Notes under the pieces: model-generated
What the model saw: the letters and a program-made list of their open reading frames with translations, nothing else
Databases searched by the model: none
Told to the model about the DNA's origin: nothing
Position numbers and translations under genes: made by a program
Shown here: one piece after another, positions 27,526 to 36,648 of the stretch
Position numbering within the stretch: position 1 is the stretch's first letter
How the letters are laid out: every line of letters starts with the position of its first letter
DNA from: Gemmatimonadota bacterium
Lineage (GTDB): Bacteria; Latescibacterota; UBA2968; UBA8231
DNA length: 40,057 nucleotides
Direction: 5' to 3'
Assembly (NCBI GenBank): GCA_038153405.1
Contig: JAYOYH010000044.1
Coordinates: 1 to 40,057 of the forward strand

Positions 27526-28863
27526 CTAGCGCGCATCGACCTCGCCGATCATGCCCTGCTGAAAGTCTATTTCCAGCCACGGATCGCCGGTTTGGCGGCG
27601 AAAGTCGAGCAGCCGCTGCCGCATCTGCTCGGCGACGGCGCGATGAGCCGGATCGTCAATGAGGTTGCGCGTTTCCTGCGGATCTTCGACGATGTCGTAG
27701 AGCTCCTCCGGCGCGCGCGCAATGACGTGGCGCGTATCGCGCAGGCCCATCTGCGGCGCGTTGCTGTCGCGCACGGCCGTCCAGGTTCGCGAGCGGAACA
27801 GGTCAGTGGGAAAGGCCGTGTCCAGGCCGGCCGATAGGTGACGGGCGAATTTATAGCGGCGACCGCGCAGCACGCGGTAGGGGTTGTAGTCGACGACCTC
27901 GTGAAAACAGTGCGAGAAATAGGTCTCGTCCCAGCCAGGTGCGTCGGGCTCTCCAAGGATGGGCAGGATGGACTGCGCGGGCAGTTCGTCGGGCGCGGGC
28001 ACGCCGCACCAGTCCTGAACGGTTGGGCGAATATTCGTCCAGTTAATCAGCGCCTGATGGTGGATGCCGCGCCGCTGCAGATCGGGCGTGCGGATTAGGA
28101 AGGGACAGTGGTGACCGCTGTCGAAAAACGAGGCCTTGGCGCCGGGAAAGGGCATGGCGTGGTCGGTGGTGACGATGACCAGCGTTTCGTCGGCCCGTCC
28201 AGATTCGTCGAGGGCGTCCAAGAGCAGGCCAATGCCGTGGTCAAAGCGCGAGACGGCCTGGTAGTAGTCGGCCAGATCGGCGCGCACTTCCGGCAGATCG
28301 GGCAAGAAGTCGGGAACGACGACGTCTTCCGGTCGGTAGACCTGCTCGGGGACGCCGGGCCACGTCCGGTCGTTGGCAAAGCCGCGACCCGCTCGGTGCG
28401 GATCGGCAAAGCCGACGTGCAGGTAAAACGGGCGGTCGCTGCTGTCGCGCAGAAAGGCGCGCGCGGCGTCGGCCAGTTCGGCCGGAGAGCGCGGATTGAC
28501 TTTGGGCTCAAACTCGAACGGGTAGACCGACGTCGGCTCGACGTGCTTTTTGCCGATGCAGGCCGTGGCGAATCCGGCTGCGCGCAGGGCCTGCGGGGTC
28601 GACGTCATCGATGCGCTAGTGCGAAAGCCGTGTATGCCGTGGCAGTGGCCGTACTGACCGTGCGTGTGGCTGTGCTGGCCGGTGAGAATGCAGGCGCGGC
28701 TAACGGCGCACGATGGCGAGGTACAGAAGGCGTGATCAAAGACCACGCCCTGCTGGGCAAAGGCGTCGATGCGCGGCGTCTTGACGACGTCGTTGCCGTA
28801 GCAGGAGGCCAAGCGCGACCAGTCGTCGGCGATGAGAAAGAGGGCGTTTTTGTAGGTGGGCAT
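27526..28863 (-). CDS. Formylglycine-type sulfatase (N-sulfoglucosamine sulfohydrolase-like)
   Basis: Motifs LFLIADD, SPSCAVSRACILTG, GKKH, DPHR, TTDH, EELYD..DPQETRNL; no signal peptide. Confidence 0.9.
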   Translation of the reverse strand: MPTYKNALFLIADDWSRLASCYGNDVVKTPRIDAFAQQGVVFDHAFCTSPSCAVSRACILTGQHSHTHGQYGHCHGIHGFRTSASMTSTPQALRAAGFATACIGKKHVEPTSVYPFEFEPKVNPRSPAELADAARAFLRDSSDRPFYLHVGFADPHRAGRGFANDRTWPGVPEQVYRPEDVVVPDFLPDLPEVRADLADYYQAVSRFDHGIGLLLDALDESGRADETLVIVTTDHAMPFPGAKASFFDSGHHCPFLIRTPDLQRRGIHHQALINWTNIRPTVQDWCGVPAPDELPAQSILPILGEPDAPGWDETYFSHCFHEVVDYNPYRVLRGRRYKFARHLSAGLDTAFPTDLFRSRTWTAVRDSNAPQMGLRDTRHVIARAPEELYDIVEDPQETRNLIDDPAHRAVAEQMRQRLLDFRRQTGDPWLEIDFQQGMIGEVDAR

Positions 28864-28881
28864 GGTGGGTGTTCTCGCAGG

Positions 28882-29775
28882 TTATTGCGCCGCTGCGGCC
28901 AGGCGCTCCCTTTGTTCCTCGAGCATGTTCTGCTGGAGCTTGACCCGTTCGGGAACGATCCGCTCGCGCTGTCCGGTGATTTGGAAGTCGAGGCGCTCTA
29001 CGCCTAACCCGCGCAGCACGCCGAGTTCGACGGGTGAAAAGTCGGCGGGGTCGTCGCGGTTGAAGTTCATCGGTTCTTTTAGCGATATGGGCGGGTTGGT
29101 AATAAAGCGCGCGCGACCCGACGGATTGTTGGAGGCAGCGTGTAGAACAAAGGGATGCAGTATGGCCACGTCGCCGATCGCACCAGTCAGTTCGACAAAG
29201 TCGGAGCAGGCATCGATCAGGCCGCTGAACTGGCCGGGCAACAGGCCTTCGGGATGGGCCAACAAATGGCGCGCGACGACGGGGACCGAATCGCAGGCGA
29301 CAAAGGTGCCGCCGCTCTGCGGCTGTATATCGGACCAGATGACAATGGTCAGCAACCCCTGCTCGGGGCTGTCTAGAAAGTGACGAAAAAAGTCGCCGTC
29401 TTTGTGCCAGCCAGGGCACTGGGACGAGGGAGCCTGCCACGGCTCGTCGGCGCGCAAGTTAAAGTTGCAGATCAGGCCATCGCCCCACGACGGCTCGTCG
29501 CCGGCAATGCGCTGGCTGCCGCCGGCCAGATCGCACAGCGCGCCCCATGCGCGGGGGGCCAACTGGCGGATGGACACGCGGTTCATCGACGGCAGGTGTA
29601 CGCGGGGCTCGTTCCACGTGGTGGGATTGCCGGGGTCGTAGCCCAAGCGCTTAAACGCTAGGTCGGTCCACTCGTTGGCGAAGGCGCGGTCGAAGCAGCC
29701 GCGCACGACGACGTAGCCCTTCTCGAGAAAGTGATCGATATCGCTCGGCGCGAGCGTTTGGCATGCGCGCGACAT
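28882..29775 (-). CDS. Phytanoyl-CoA dioxygenase (PhyH) family Fe(II)/2OG-type protein
   Basis: Motifs FLEKGYVVV, GWHKDG, GGT, GDVAILHPFVLHAASNN, RFITN. Confidence 0.8.
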   Translation of the reverse strand: MSRACQTLAPSDIDHFLEKGYVVVRGCFDRAFANEWTDLAFKRLGYDPGNPTTWNEPRVHLPSMNRVSIRQLAPRAWGALCDLAGGSQRIAGDEPSWGDGLICNFNLRADEPWQAPSSQCPGWHKDGDFFRHFLDSPEQGLLTIVIWSDIQPQSGGTFVACDSVPVVARHLLAHPEGLLPGQFSGLIDACSDFVELTGAIGDVAILHPFVLHAASNNPSGRARFITNPPISLKEPMNFNRDDPADFSPVELGVLRGLGVERLDFQITGQRERIVPERVKLQQNMLEEQRERLAAAAQ

Positions 29776-29811
29776 ATGGCAAACTCCCCGTGTATAGAAT
29801 CGAGTGCACGG

Positions 29812-29840
29812 ATGATAGAGGCGAGGCCAGTGGCTGTCAA
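29812..29840 (-). promoter_or_regulatory. Sigma70-type promoter for the PhyH-sulfatase-AKR unit
   Basis: TTGACA-N17-TATCAT on the minus strand, near consensus. Confidence 0.65.
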
Positions 29841-29871
29841 CGCGCCGAAAACGATCGCGTGCGGCCAGCTT

Positions 29872-29912
29872 GTGCGCACCGTTGGTCGGCGACTGCGGCC
29901 AACGGTGCGCAC
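29872..29912 (-). terminator. Long hairpin downstream of phoX (terminator or REP-like element)
   Basis: GTGCGCACCGTTGGTCG-gcgactg-CGGCCAACGGTGCGCAC: 17-bp stem with one imperfect pair; no U-tract. Confidence 0.55.
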
Positions 29913-29949
29913 GACATAGGAGGGTATTGGACAGAGATCGCCTATGCGA

Positions 29950-31308
29950 TCAAACCCACGGACCGCGCACGGCCAGCGTGAGGCCCGGATTCTGTATGTT
30001 GACGTAGAGCGTCTGCCCGTCGGGTGAAAAGACGGAGCCGGTAAACTCGGAGTGGTTATGGGCGTTGTGGGCTAGCTGATAAAACTGGCCCTCAGGCGTG
30101 ACGCCGACTAGATACTGATCTTCGGGTCCGTCTTCGCATAGGACGACATCGCCCCACGGAGAGACGGTCAGGTTGTCGGCCATATCGATGATGCCGCCGT
30201 CGTTGGGTTCGACAAAGAGCTCCAACTGGCCCGGTTTCTCGCCTTCGCCGGGCGTTCCTTCAGCTGAACTGGGCATGTAGCGCCAGACCTGGCCCTTGCG
30301 GTTGGGGCCACCGCTGGTGCAGGCGAAGTAGATGGCCTCGCGGCCGTACCACATGCCCTCGCCGCGGGCAAAGCGCGCCGCGCCTTGCTCAAAGCCGCGC
30401 AGGCGCAAATCGTCCTTGGGTGCGCGCACGTTTTCCATATCGATCCAGCGCACCGGCATCGGCTGGCCGGGCTGCACCAAAGTCTCTTCCCAGTTGCGCG
30501 TGTCTAAGCCGGGTGCGTCCTGCACAACCAAGGCCTGCAGACGGCCACCGGAGGCCAGCTGGCCTTTGGTGTTGGGAATGTATCGGTAGATGAGGCCGTC
30601 TCCGCGGTCTTCTGTCTCATAGACGATGCCGGACTGTGGGTCGACGGCGACGGCCTCGTGATTAAAGCGCCCCATGTCGCGCAGCGGCACGGGCTGTGCG
30701 CGGCCGATTTCACTGCGCGCCGGCACTTCGAAGTTATAGCCATGGTGCTGCTCGTACAGTTCGTCGGCCAGCTGCACCGACTCTTCGCAGGTGATCCACG
30801 AACCCCACGGCGTTGGGCCGCCGGCGCAGTTGCGCACGGTGCCTGCCAGGCTCAAAAACTGTCGTTCGACTTCGCCGTTGGGGGCAATGACCACGGTCGT
30901 CGTGCCGCCGAGCGCGGGATCCGTGCCGTGGCCCCAGTCGTAGAACTCCTCTTTGGGCACCTTGCCGACCCACTGGTTGTTTTCGCCAAAGGCCCCCGCT
31001 GCTTTGGCTCCCGCTGTCAGCTCGTGGTTGCGCACCAGCAGCGTGCGCCCATTGGGGCCGGCGAACGTCGCCATGGCATCGGGCGCTCCGGGCAGCAACA
31101 GACCGTCGTCCATGGCGTCTCCCGTGCGCGAAATAACGCGATAGGAAAACCCCTTGGGGAGGTCGAGAATGCCTTCCGGATCGGGCAGTAGGGCGCCGTA
31201 GCCGTGCTCCACCGCTGAGGTATTGGCCCATAGGGCGTGGCGCTGCAGACCGGCAAATCCCACCGTGACGGCTGCAGCCGCTTTGATAAAGCGCCTTCTC
31301 GAAACCAT
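29950..31308 (-). CDS. phoX: PhoX family (DUF839) alkaline phosphatase, Tat-exported
   Basis: Tat signal SRRRFIK; motifs VRNHE, NCAGGPTPWGSWITCEE, MGRFNHEA, ETED, RGEG, DNL, CEDG, EFTG, NIQNPG; GGAGGAG RBS. Confidence 0.88.
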   Translation of the reverse strand: MVSRRRFIKAAAAVTVGFAGLQRHALWANTSAVEHGYGALLPDPEGILDLPKGFSYRVISRTGDAMDDGLLLPGAPDAMATFAGPNGRTLLVRNHELTAGAKAAGAFGENNQWVGKVPKEEFYDWGHGTDPALGGTTTVVIAPNGEVERQFLSLAGTVRNCAGGPTPWGSWITCEESVQLADELYEQHHGYNFEVPARSEIGRAQPVPLRDMGRFNHEAVAVDPQSGIVYETEDRGDGLIYRYIPNTKGQLASGGRLQALVVQDAPGLDTRNWEETLVQPGQPMPVRWIDMENVRAPKDDLRLRGFEQGAARFARGEGMWYGREAIYFACTSGGPNRKGQVWRYMPSSAEGTPGEGEKPGQLELFVEPNDGGIIDMADNLTVSPWGDVVLCEDGPEDQYLVGVTPEGQFYQLAHNAHNHSEFTGSVFSPDGQTLYVNIQNPGLTLAVRGPWV

Positions 31309-31530
31309 ATCTCCTCCCGTGCGTTTTAGTGTGCTAACCCAAATATGTGAAATCGTGCCCCTTCTGTCAGGCGATGCGCGGTGCGTTTGGTACAGCTGCA
31401 GCGAAAACGGCGCGCTCTTTTGGATCGCACGGTATGCCTACGGCAACGGATTGGGCGAGGGCGTTTGGCTGCTGGGTAGGTGAGAATAGGGTCGTCCATT
31501 ACGCGCGCGCTTCGGTCTTGTATCGCCGCA

Positions 31531-31560
31531 TTGACAGTCTGCGCTGGACCGGTTTAGATT
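31531..31560 (+). promoter_or_regulatory. Sigma70-type promoter candidate upstream of the gene at 31707
   Basis: TTGACA-N18-TAGATT. Confidence 0.5.
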
Positions 31561-31567
31561 AGCCGCC

Positions 31568-31595
31568 ACAGGGCGCGCGTGCGCGCTCTGTTTTT
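31568..31595 (+). terminator. Terminator-like hairpin with T-tract
   Basis: ACAGGGCGCG-cgtg-CGCGCTCTGT-TTTT. Confidence 0.35.
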
Positions 31596-31706
31596 CCTGC
31601 CTGCCCTCGAAAACTACGACGCAATGCGCAGCGTAGGCGGTGTTCCCATGCGCGCCCAGATCCATCTACTTTTCGAGCAGGCCCCTACCCACTGCGAGGT
31701 GAGCGC

Positions 31707-32885
31707 ATGACCGAATCGACCGCCCAACCCTATCGCGCCCCGGCTTTTGCCGACTTTAACCCGGAACACGCGGCGCCCGGCGCCACGCCCGAGCGCTTGG
31801 CCTATTTGGAAGAGCACAGCTTCGTCATCGTAAACGACTTTGTCGATAGCCCGTGGATATCCGTTCTGCGCGAGGCGGGGCGCCGCCTGACGGAGGCTAG
31901 CGCACCTGAATTGGGCTATAGCCAGCTCGATTTGTCAAAGGGCTATGTGCACCGGGCAAAGGAAGACGAACCGTGGGCCATTCGCGGGCTTATTCATCCG
32001 GCCTTTGGCGAGCCGAGCTTTGCCGAGTTCCACGGCTCCGACGAAATGCTCAACTTCGTCGCCTCCTGGTGCGACGGCTTGTCGGCAGAAGAGTTGACAC
32101 TGAGTGGCATGTTGTTGTGGTGCAACCCGCGCCGCAGCGAGCACAAGCTCGGCTGGCACCGCGACGTGACGTGGTGGGGTGATGGGCGGCCCTATTTTTC
32201 GCAGGAAAAGCGCGATGACGGAATAGACGCCTACAGCGAAGAAGTCGAGCGCGCGCGCTGGGAAGAAATCCGCGCCAACAATGCCAAGGCGGTGCACGAG
32301 CGCAGCGGCGTCAGCATGTTTTTGGCGCTGACCGATGACGAGTGCCACGAGCTGATACCCGGCAGCCACAATCGCTGGCGCACGCCCTTTGAACACGATG
32401 TCCTGCTACCTAAGAACATGAAGGACGCCGGCGTGCCCTACACGCCGAGTTGGGACGGCGAAAGTCCGCTGCCCGACCAGGTCGCCGTACGCCTGCGCGC
32501 CGGCGAGGCGCTCATACGCATAGGCTCCAATATTCACACCGGCCGTACGGTGCCCGAGCGCGAGCGCAACACGCTGTCGATTGGCTGGTCCAAGTGGAAG
32601 GGGCCGTCGGACGAGCCGCCCAAAGTAGCCGATGCGCGCAGCGCCTGGCAGCTCGATCCGGCCGTGCGCGACGCACTGCCGCACGCGTGGATGAAAACGG
32701 CCTGGGACCGCTGGGCGGCGACGCAGACGCTGGGCGACACGCTCGAAGATCGCTATGCGCCGTTTGATGTTCGACAGATCAAGTCAGGTGCGTTTGCCGG
32801 CTGGCGCTCCGCGTTGGAGCGCAGGGCGTCTGAATTGGGCGAGGCGTGGGAACCGTATCAGACGTTGGAAGGGAAAAAAGAGTAA
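31707..32885 (+). CDS. Divergent PhyH-like dioxygenase / hypothetical protein
   Basis: Motifs YLEEHSFVIV, GWHRD (HxD), LIPGSH, LRAGEAL, IHTGR. Confidence 0.65.
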   Translation: MTESTAQPYRAPAFADFNPEHAAPGATPERLAYLEEHSFVIVNDFVDSPWISVLREAGRRLTEASAPELGYSQLDLSKGYVHRAKEDEPWAIRGLIHPAFGEPSFAEFHGSDEMLNFVASWCDGLSAEELTLSGMLLWCNPRRSEHKLGWHRDVTWWGDGRPYFSQEKRDDGIDAYSEEVERARWEEIRANNAKAVHERSGVSMFLALTDDECHELIPGSHNRWRTPFEHDVLLPKNMKDAGVPYTPSWDGESPLPDQVAVRLRAGEALIRIGSNIHTGRTVPERERNTLSIGWSKWKGPSDEPPKVADARSAWQLDPAVRDALPHAWMKTAWDRWAATQTLGDTLEDRYAPFDVRQIKSGAFAGWRSALERRASELGEAWEPYQTLEGKKE

Positions 32886-32901
32886 TATATGGAGGAGCAC
32901 T

Positions 32902-33306
32902 ATGGCCGATTGGATGGTTAATCAGCACGACGTAGAGGTAGAGCACCAAGTGTGGCACTGGCAGGACCAGCGCTATGAGCGCTATCGCCAGCACCTGTCT
33001 GTAGCGCTGGGCAATACGGGCGATGCCCCCCACCCGTTTGACGTCGAGCTGACGCGCGTGCCGCCCGGCGCACGGCCGTGTCCGGTGCACGCGCACAAGG
33101 AACGCTGGGAGTTTTTTATCGTTGTCGAAGGGAGCGCTCGCGTCGAACGCGACGGCGAAGAAATAGAGGTGGGTCAGGGCGCCTGCTTTATGCAGCCGGC
33201 CGGCACGCGGCACCGCATTCGCAACGCCAGCGATGCGGACGATCTCGTTTTTTACGTGATTGCCAACGAAGTGGAAGACGAGACGACGGAACGCGTGCGC
33301 GTTTAG
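32902..33306 (+). CDS. Cupin domain protein
   Basis: Motifs PVHAHKERWEFFIVVEG and PAGTRHRIRN. Start at 32902 with GGAGGAG RBS. Confidence 0.88.
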   Translation: MADWMVNQHDVEVEHQVWHWQDQRYERYRQHLSVALGNTGDAPHPFDVELTRVPPGARPCPVHAHKERWEFFIVVEGSARVERDGEEIEVGQGACFMQPAGTRHRIRNASDADDLVFYVIANEVEDETTERVRV

Positions 33307-33380
33307 TCCGTCTCAAACATATTGGATGTAATGCCCGTTTCGCATGCCCGCACTGCGTTGCCGCTCATCTGGAGGCCGCT

Positions 33381-33962
33381 ATGTTTGATCGCCGTGTGCA
33401 GTACCCTAAAAAATGGATGCTTGGTGCCATCGCCTTAGCCGTAGCCCTGGCGGTTCCTGTTGGGGCCGAGCAAGGACACGGCGTGGGGTTTGTCGCCGGT
33501 TCGACGCACGGGATGGGCCTTTCCTATGCCCGCCAATACGCAAGCGGGATGGGATGGCAGGTGTCGGGCTTTCCCTATGTCTCACCCGATCGGCGCGAAC
33601 TCTTTGCCGGCGCGGCCCTGTTCAAGACGCTCAACGAGGGTAAGCGCGGGCGCGCTTTTGTTTCGATGGGTGTGAAAATTAACCACCACTACGATCGCTA
33701 CGAGCGCTGGGACTGCGGTGCACGGGTGGTCGAAGATCCGGCTAAAGATTCTTCCGCGTTCGAGGATCCCAAGTGGGATTGTGGCTATCAGACCACGGAA
33801 CGCAACGTGCTGGCGTTGGGTCCGGGCGTTGGCTTAGAAGTGCGCTTTTTAGATAATTTCGCGATGTATATGGACTTTCCTGCCGCCCTCTACGTCGATT
33901 CGGACGTCGATGGTCTCGCCGTCCGTCCGATACCCAACTTCGGACTATTCTACCGCTGGTAG
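33381..33962 (+). CDS. Hypothetical small outer-membrane beta-barrel protein
   Basis: Signal peptide, amphipathic strands (GVGFVAG, GPGVGLEVRF) and aromatic C-terminus FGLFYRW; GGAGG RBS. Confidence 0.6.
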   Translation: MFDRRVQYPKKWMLGAIALAVALAVPVGAEQGHGVGFVAGSTHGMGLSYARQYASGMGWQVSGFPYVSPDRRELFAGAALFKTLNEGKRGRAFVSMGVKINHHYDRYERWDCGARVVEDPAKDSSAFEDPKWDCGYQTTERNVLALGPGVGLEVRFLDNFAMYMDFPAALYVDSDVDGLAVRPIPNFGLFYRW

Positions 33963-33974
33963 ATCACTCCGCGC

Positions 33975-34952
33975 TCAATTGCCTCCCTTATTGACGGCTT
34001 CGATCATCGCGATGATATAGCCAAACTGGAAGGCCCAGGCCTGGCGCACGCGGCCAGACACGCCTTCGGGTGCCTGATCGTCTGGGTGTCCGGGGGCGTG
34101 GTCGGGCATCAGCATGTAGGGGTATTCGACGTCGCGCAGCACGCGCGCGATTTCGTACATATCGAGATCGCCCTCGTCGGGCCACACCTCTTGGAACTGG
34201 TGCAGGCCGCCGCGAATATTGCGATAGTGTATGTTGAATATTTTCTTGCGCTCGCCAAAGTAGCGTATGATTTCGTAGAGTTCTTTGCCCGGATCTTCGA
34301 GGCCTTCCGACGCTACGCCGCAGCAAAAGTTGAAGCCGTGGTTGGGGCTATCGACCAGCTCAGAAAAGCGCTTGAGACCGTCAAAAACGGGCCAATTCCA
34401 GCGCTCTACGCCGCGCAGCACCGGCGCCGGCGGGTCGTCGAGATGGCTGGCTAATTGCACGTTGTTGGCCTCGGCAACGGGAATGACGCGCTCAAGAAAA
34501 TAACCGGCGCGATCAAAGCTTTCGTCGCGGCTAACGACGCCGGCCTCGCTGAGCGTTTCGTTATCGTACTCTGCCATATCAAAGGTGCTGTAACTGCTGC
34601 CACCGCGGCCGGGCGTGCTCGGGGTGCGCTGGTGGGGCAGCACGCAGAAGTTGTAGTTGATGCCGCGTAGGCCCGCCTTGCCGACGGCTTCAATCACTCT
34701 GCAGTATTCTTCGATGTCGCGGTCGCGCTGGGGATCTTGCGCCAGCGTGATGCTGCGCGCCGGATCGTAGTGAATCATCTCTAGGCTGACGCCTTCGTCC
34801 GCAGCTTCTTGCCTGTGGCGAGCGAGCGTGTTGGCATCGTTGCCGTCAACCCGAGCGTCCATATGCGTGACGCCGTGGCGCATGAGAAACTGTAGCTCCA
34901 TTTTTGAGGTGCCGATGCCCTGAACGCCTACGTGCATTTTTTCGTTGGCCAT
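33975..34952 (-). CDS. uxuA: Mannonate dehydratase (UxuA) family protein
   Basis: Motifs YFLERVIPVAEANNVQLASHLDDPP, GFNFCCG, NIHYRN, EGDLDM, MPDHAP, AFQFGYI. Confidence 0.82.
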   Translation of the reverse strand: MANEKMHVGVQGIGTSKMELQFLMRHGVTHMDARVDGNDANTLARHRQEAADEGVSLEMIHYDPARSITLAQDPQRDRDIEEYCRVIEAVGKAGLRGINYNFCVLPHQRTPSTPGRGGSSYSTFDMAEYDNETLSEAGVVSRDESFDRAGYFLERVIPVAEANNVQLASHLDDPPAPVLRGVERWNWPVFDGLKRFSELVDSPNHGFNFCCGVASEGLEDPGKELYEIIRYFGERKKIFNIHYRNIRGGLHQFQEVWPDEGDLDMYEIARVLRDVEYPYMLMPDHAPGHPDDQAPEGVSGRVRQAWAFQFGYIIAMIEAVNKGGN

Positions 34953-35008
34953 ATTGCCTATCTCCTTCTATTGTATTTCTGCGCGTGCGCAGCGGAAGAG
35001 CCCTAATT

Positions 35009-35046
35009 ATTGAAATATATCAATTTCTGCTTATGTTGTGACAACA
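35009..35046. promoter_or_regulatory. Two palindromes in the AT-rich divergent promoter region between uxuA and the porin gene
   Basis: ATTGA-aatata-TCAAT (35009-35024) and TGTTGT-g-ACAACA (35034-35046). Confidence 0.4.
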
Positions 35047-35095
35047 ATGTTGACTTCTACACGGTGGGTTCCACAGCGCTTAAGGAAAGAAGACA

Positions 35096-36148
35096 ATGGC
35101 ATTTACCAGAGATGATAGTTGTAGAAGGATAGTATGGATTGCGCTGTTTTTAGGTGCACTCACTGCACCGGCAGCAGCGTTGGACGTGATGCTGGATAAG
35201 TGGTATGTAGGCGTGTTCTCTTACTTGAACGGCCAGGTGCTGTCTTCGGACAAGACGCACATAGGGATAGGCAAAGATGGCTTTTCGCTTGGGGAAACGT
35301 CGATTTTCACTCGGGGAAAACTCACGTCCAGAGTGTCTATGCTAAGTGAGCACACGCTGCAGTCACGCCACTACAGGGAGGATCAATTTAAGCTTGAGCG
35401 TTTGGTCGTTCGCTACGAGATAAGCGAACGCCACTGGGTTGAGTTTGGCAAGCTGCACACGCCGGTAAACTATTGGAACGACTGGTTTCATCACGGTCGC
35501 CTGTTCTTTCCCACCATTGATCGTCCCTTGTTCTTCAGCGACAAATTTTTTGCCATTCACGACATCGGTGCGCGCTTTAGCGGGGCGCTGGGCTCTGGCG
35601 CGTTGCAGTACGACGTGTTTGGTGGTTCCGGCAGGCATGCCGTGCCCAGCAGTGAGGATGGAGATCAGATATTTCCAGATGGGCTTCAGTCATTGAACAT
35701 CGCGCTGATCTACTCCTGGAAAAACTGGACGTTCCGCACGGCGACGTACTTGGATGGCATTCGAGACGCCAAGCCGCTCCTGCGTCTTCACACAGCGTCT
35801 GTCCACATGGAAGACGATCGCTTCCGCGGTTTACTCGAACTGGCAGCCAAGTTCTCCGAGGCAGAAGATAGCGCGCCTGAGGTGCGTAAAGTATCACTGT
35901 ATCAATATGTAGGCTACAAGCTGAGCGAGAGTATGATGCCGTACGTTGGCCTCGATGCTCTTTCTGCAAATAGAGCGCAAGCGGATGAAGAAACCACTGC
36001 CGTTGTGAAATCCATACTGGGGTTTGCATTTTCACCCGATGTGCGAACGACGCTAAAAACGCAGTTTGAACTACATAGGGATTCTACGACGAATCACGAA
36101 GAGGAATTTCACTCCGTTTTGGTCTTTCAGTTAGCTGTGGGGATGTAA
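35096..36148 (+). CDS. Porin-like outer-membrane beta-barrel protein
   Basis: Signal peptide (APAAA/L), FKLERLVVRY, FGKLHTPVNYWN..HHG...PTIDRP, and terminal strand VLVFQLAVGM. Confidence 0.7.
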   Translation: MAFTRDDSCRRIVWIALFLGALTAPAAALDVMLDKWYVGVFSYLNGQVLSSDKTHIGIGKDGFSLGETSIFTRGKLTSRVSMLSEHTLQSRHYREDQFKLERLVVRYEISERHWVEFGKLHTPVNYWNDWFHHGRLFFPTIDRPLFFSDKFFAIHDIGARFSGALGSGALQYDVFGGSGRHAVPSSEDGDQIFPDGLQSLNIALIYSWKNWTFRTATYLDGIRDAKPLLRLHTASVHMEDDRFRGLLELAAKFSEAEDSAPEVRKVSLYQYVGYKLSESMMPYVGLDALSANRAQADEETTAVVKSILGFAFSPDVRTTLKTQFELHRDSTTNHEEEFHSVLVFQLAVGM

Positions 36149-36149
36149 A

Positions 36150-36623
36150 ATGTTGAGCTACTACAGAACGAGTGGAATTGCATTTGTCATGGCCCTGGGT
36201 GCTATTGTCTTCTCCATGCCCGGTGAAGTCCTCGGCGAGGACAGTGCACAGCAGAAGCAAGTCCTTGTTGCCAATGTCGATCCTAGTCTGCTACCGGATT
36301 CGGTTAAAGTGGCGGATATTGTGCGCGGCGGCAAGCGCAGTTGGTCGGACGGGACTATACTGACGGTAGTGCTACCCGGCCGCAAGCATCCTTTTTTCAA
36401 ACAGACAGAAAAAGATTTCTTTGTGGGCAAGGGGCCATCGCTGCAGCGACACTGGGTTCGCCTTGTATTTAGCGGCCGTGGTAATCCTCCCTTATATGCG
36501 GAGAACCCCGAAGAAATGTGCGAGATGGTCAGGGTGACGCGTGGTTCGTTCGCACTCTTTTACGGACCGGTGCCGGATCCATGTCAGTCTCTTGCGCGGT
36601 CGCCTCTTCCGGTCGCGCCTTGA
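36150..36623 (+). CDS. Small exported single-lobe periplasmic-binding-like protein
   Basis: Signal peptide, then VLVAN..IVRGGKRSWSDG..VVLP..HWVRLVFSGRGNPP..EMVRVTRGSFALF. This resembles the short proteins usually auto-annotated as 'phosphate ABC substrate-binding'. Confidence 0.65.
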   Translation: MLSYYRTSGIAFVMALGAIVFSMPGEVLGEDSAQQKQVLVANVDPSLLPDSVKVADIVRGGKRSWSDGTILTVVLPGRKHPFFKQTEKDFFVGKGPSLQRHWVRLVFSGRGNPPLYAENPEEMCEMVRVTRGSFALFYGPVPDPCQSLARSPLPVAP

Positions 36624-36648
36624 TCTGCTACATATAGCACGGGCAATA

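Noticed and set aside
29950..36623. Pho-regulon island linking phoX and the 'phosphate-binding-like' protein
   Set aside because: I saw no Pho boxes or pst genes, unrelated genes intervene, and phosphate specificity of the small protein is unsupported.
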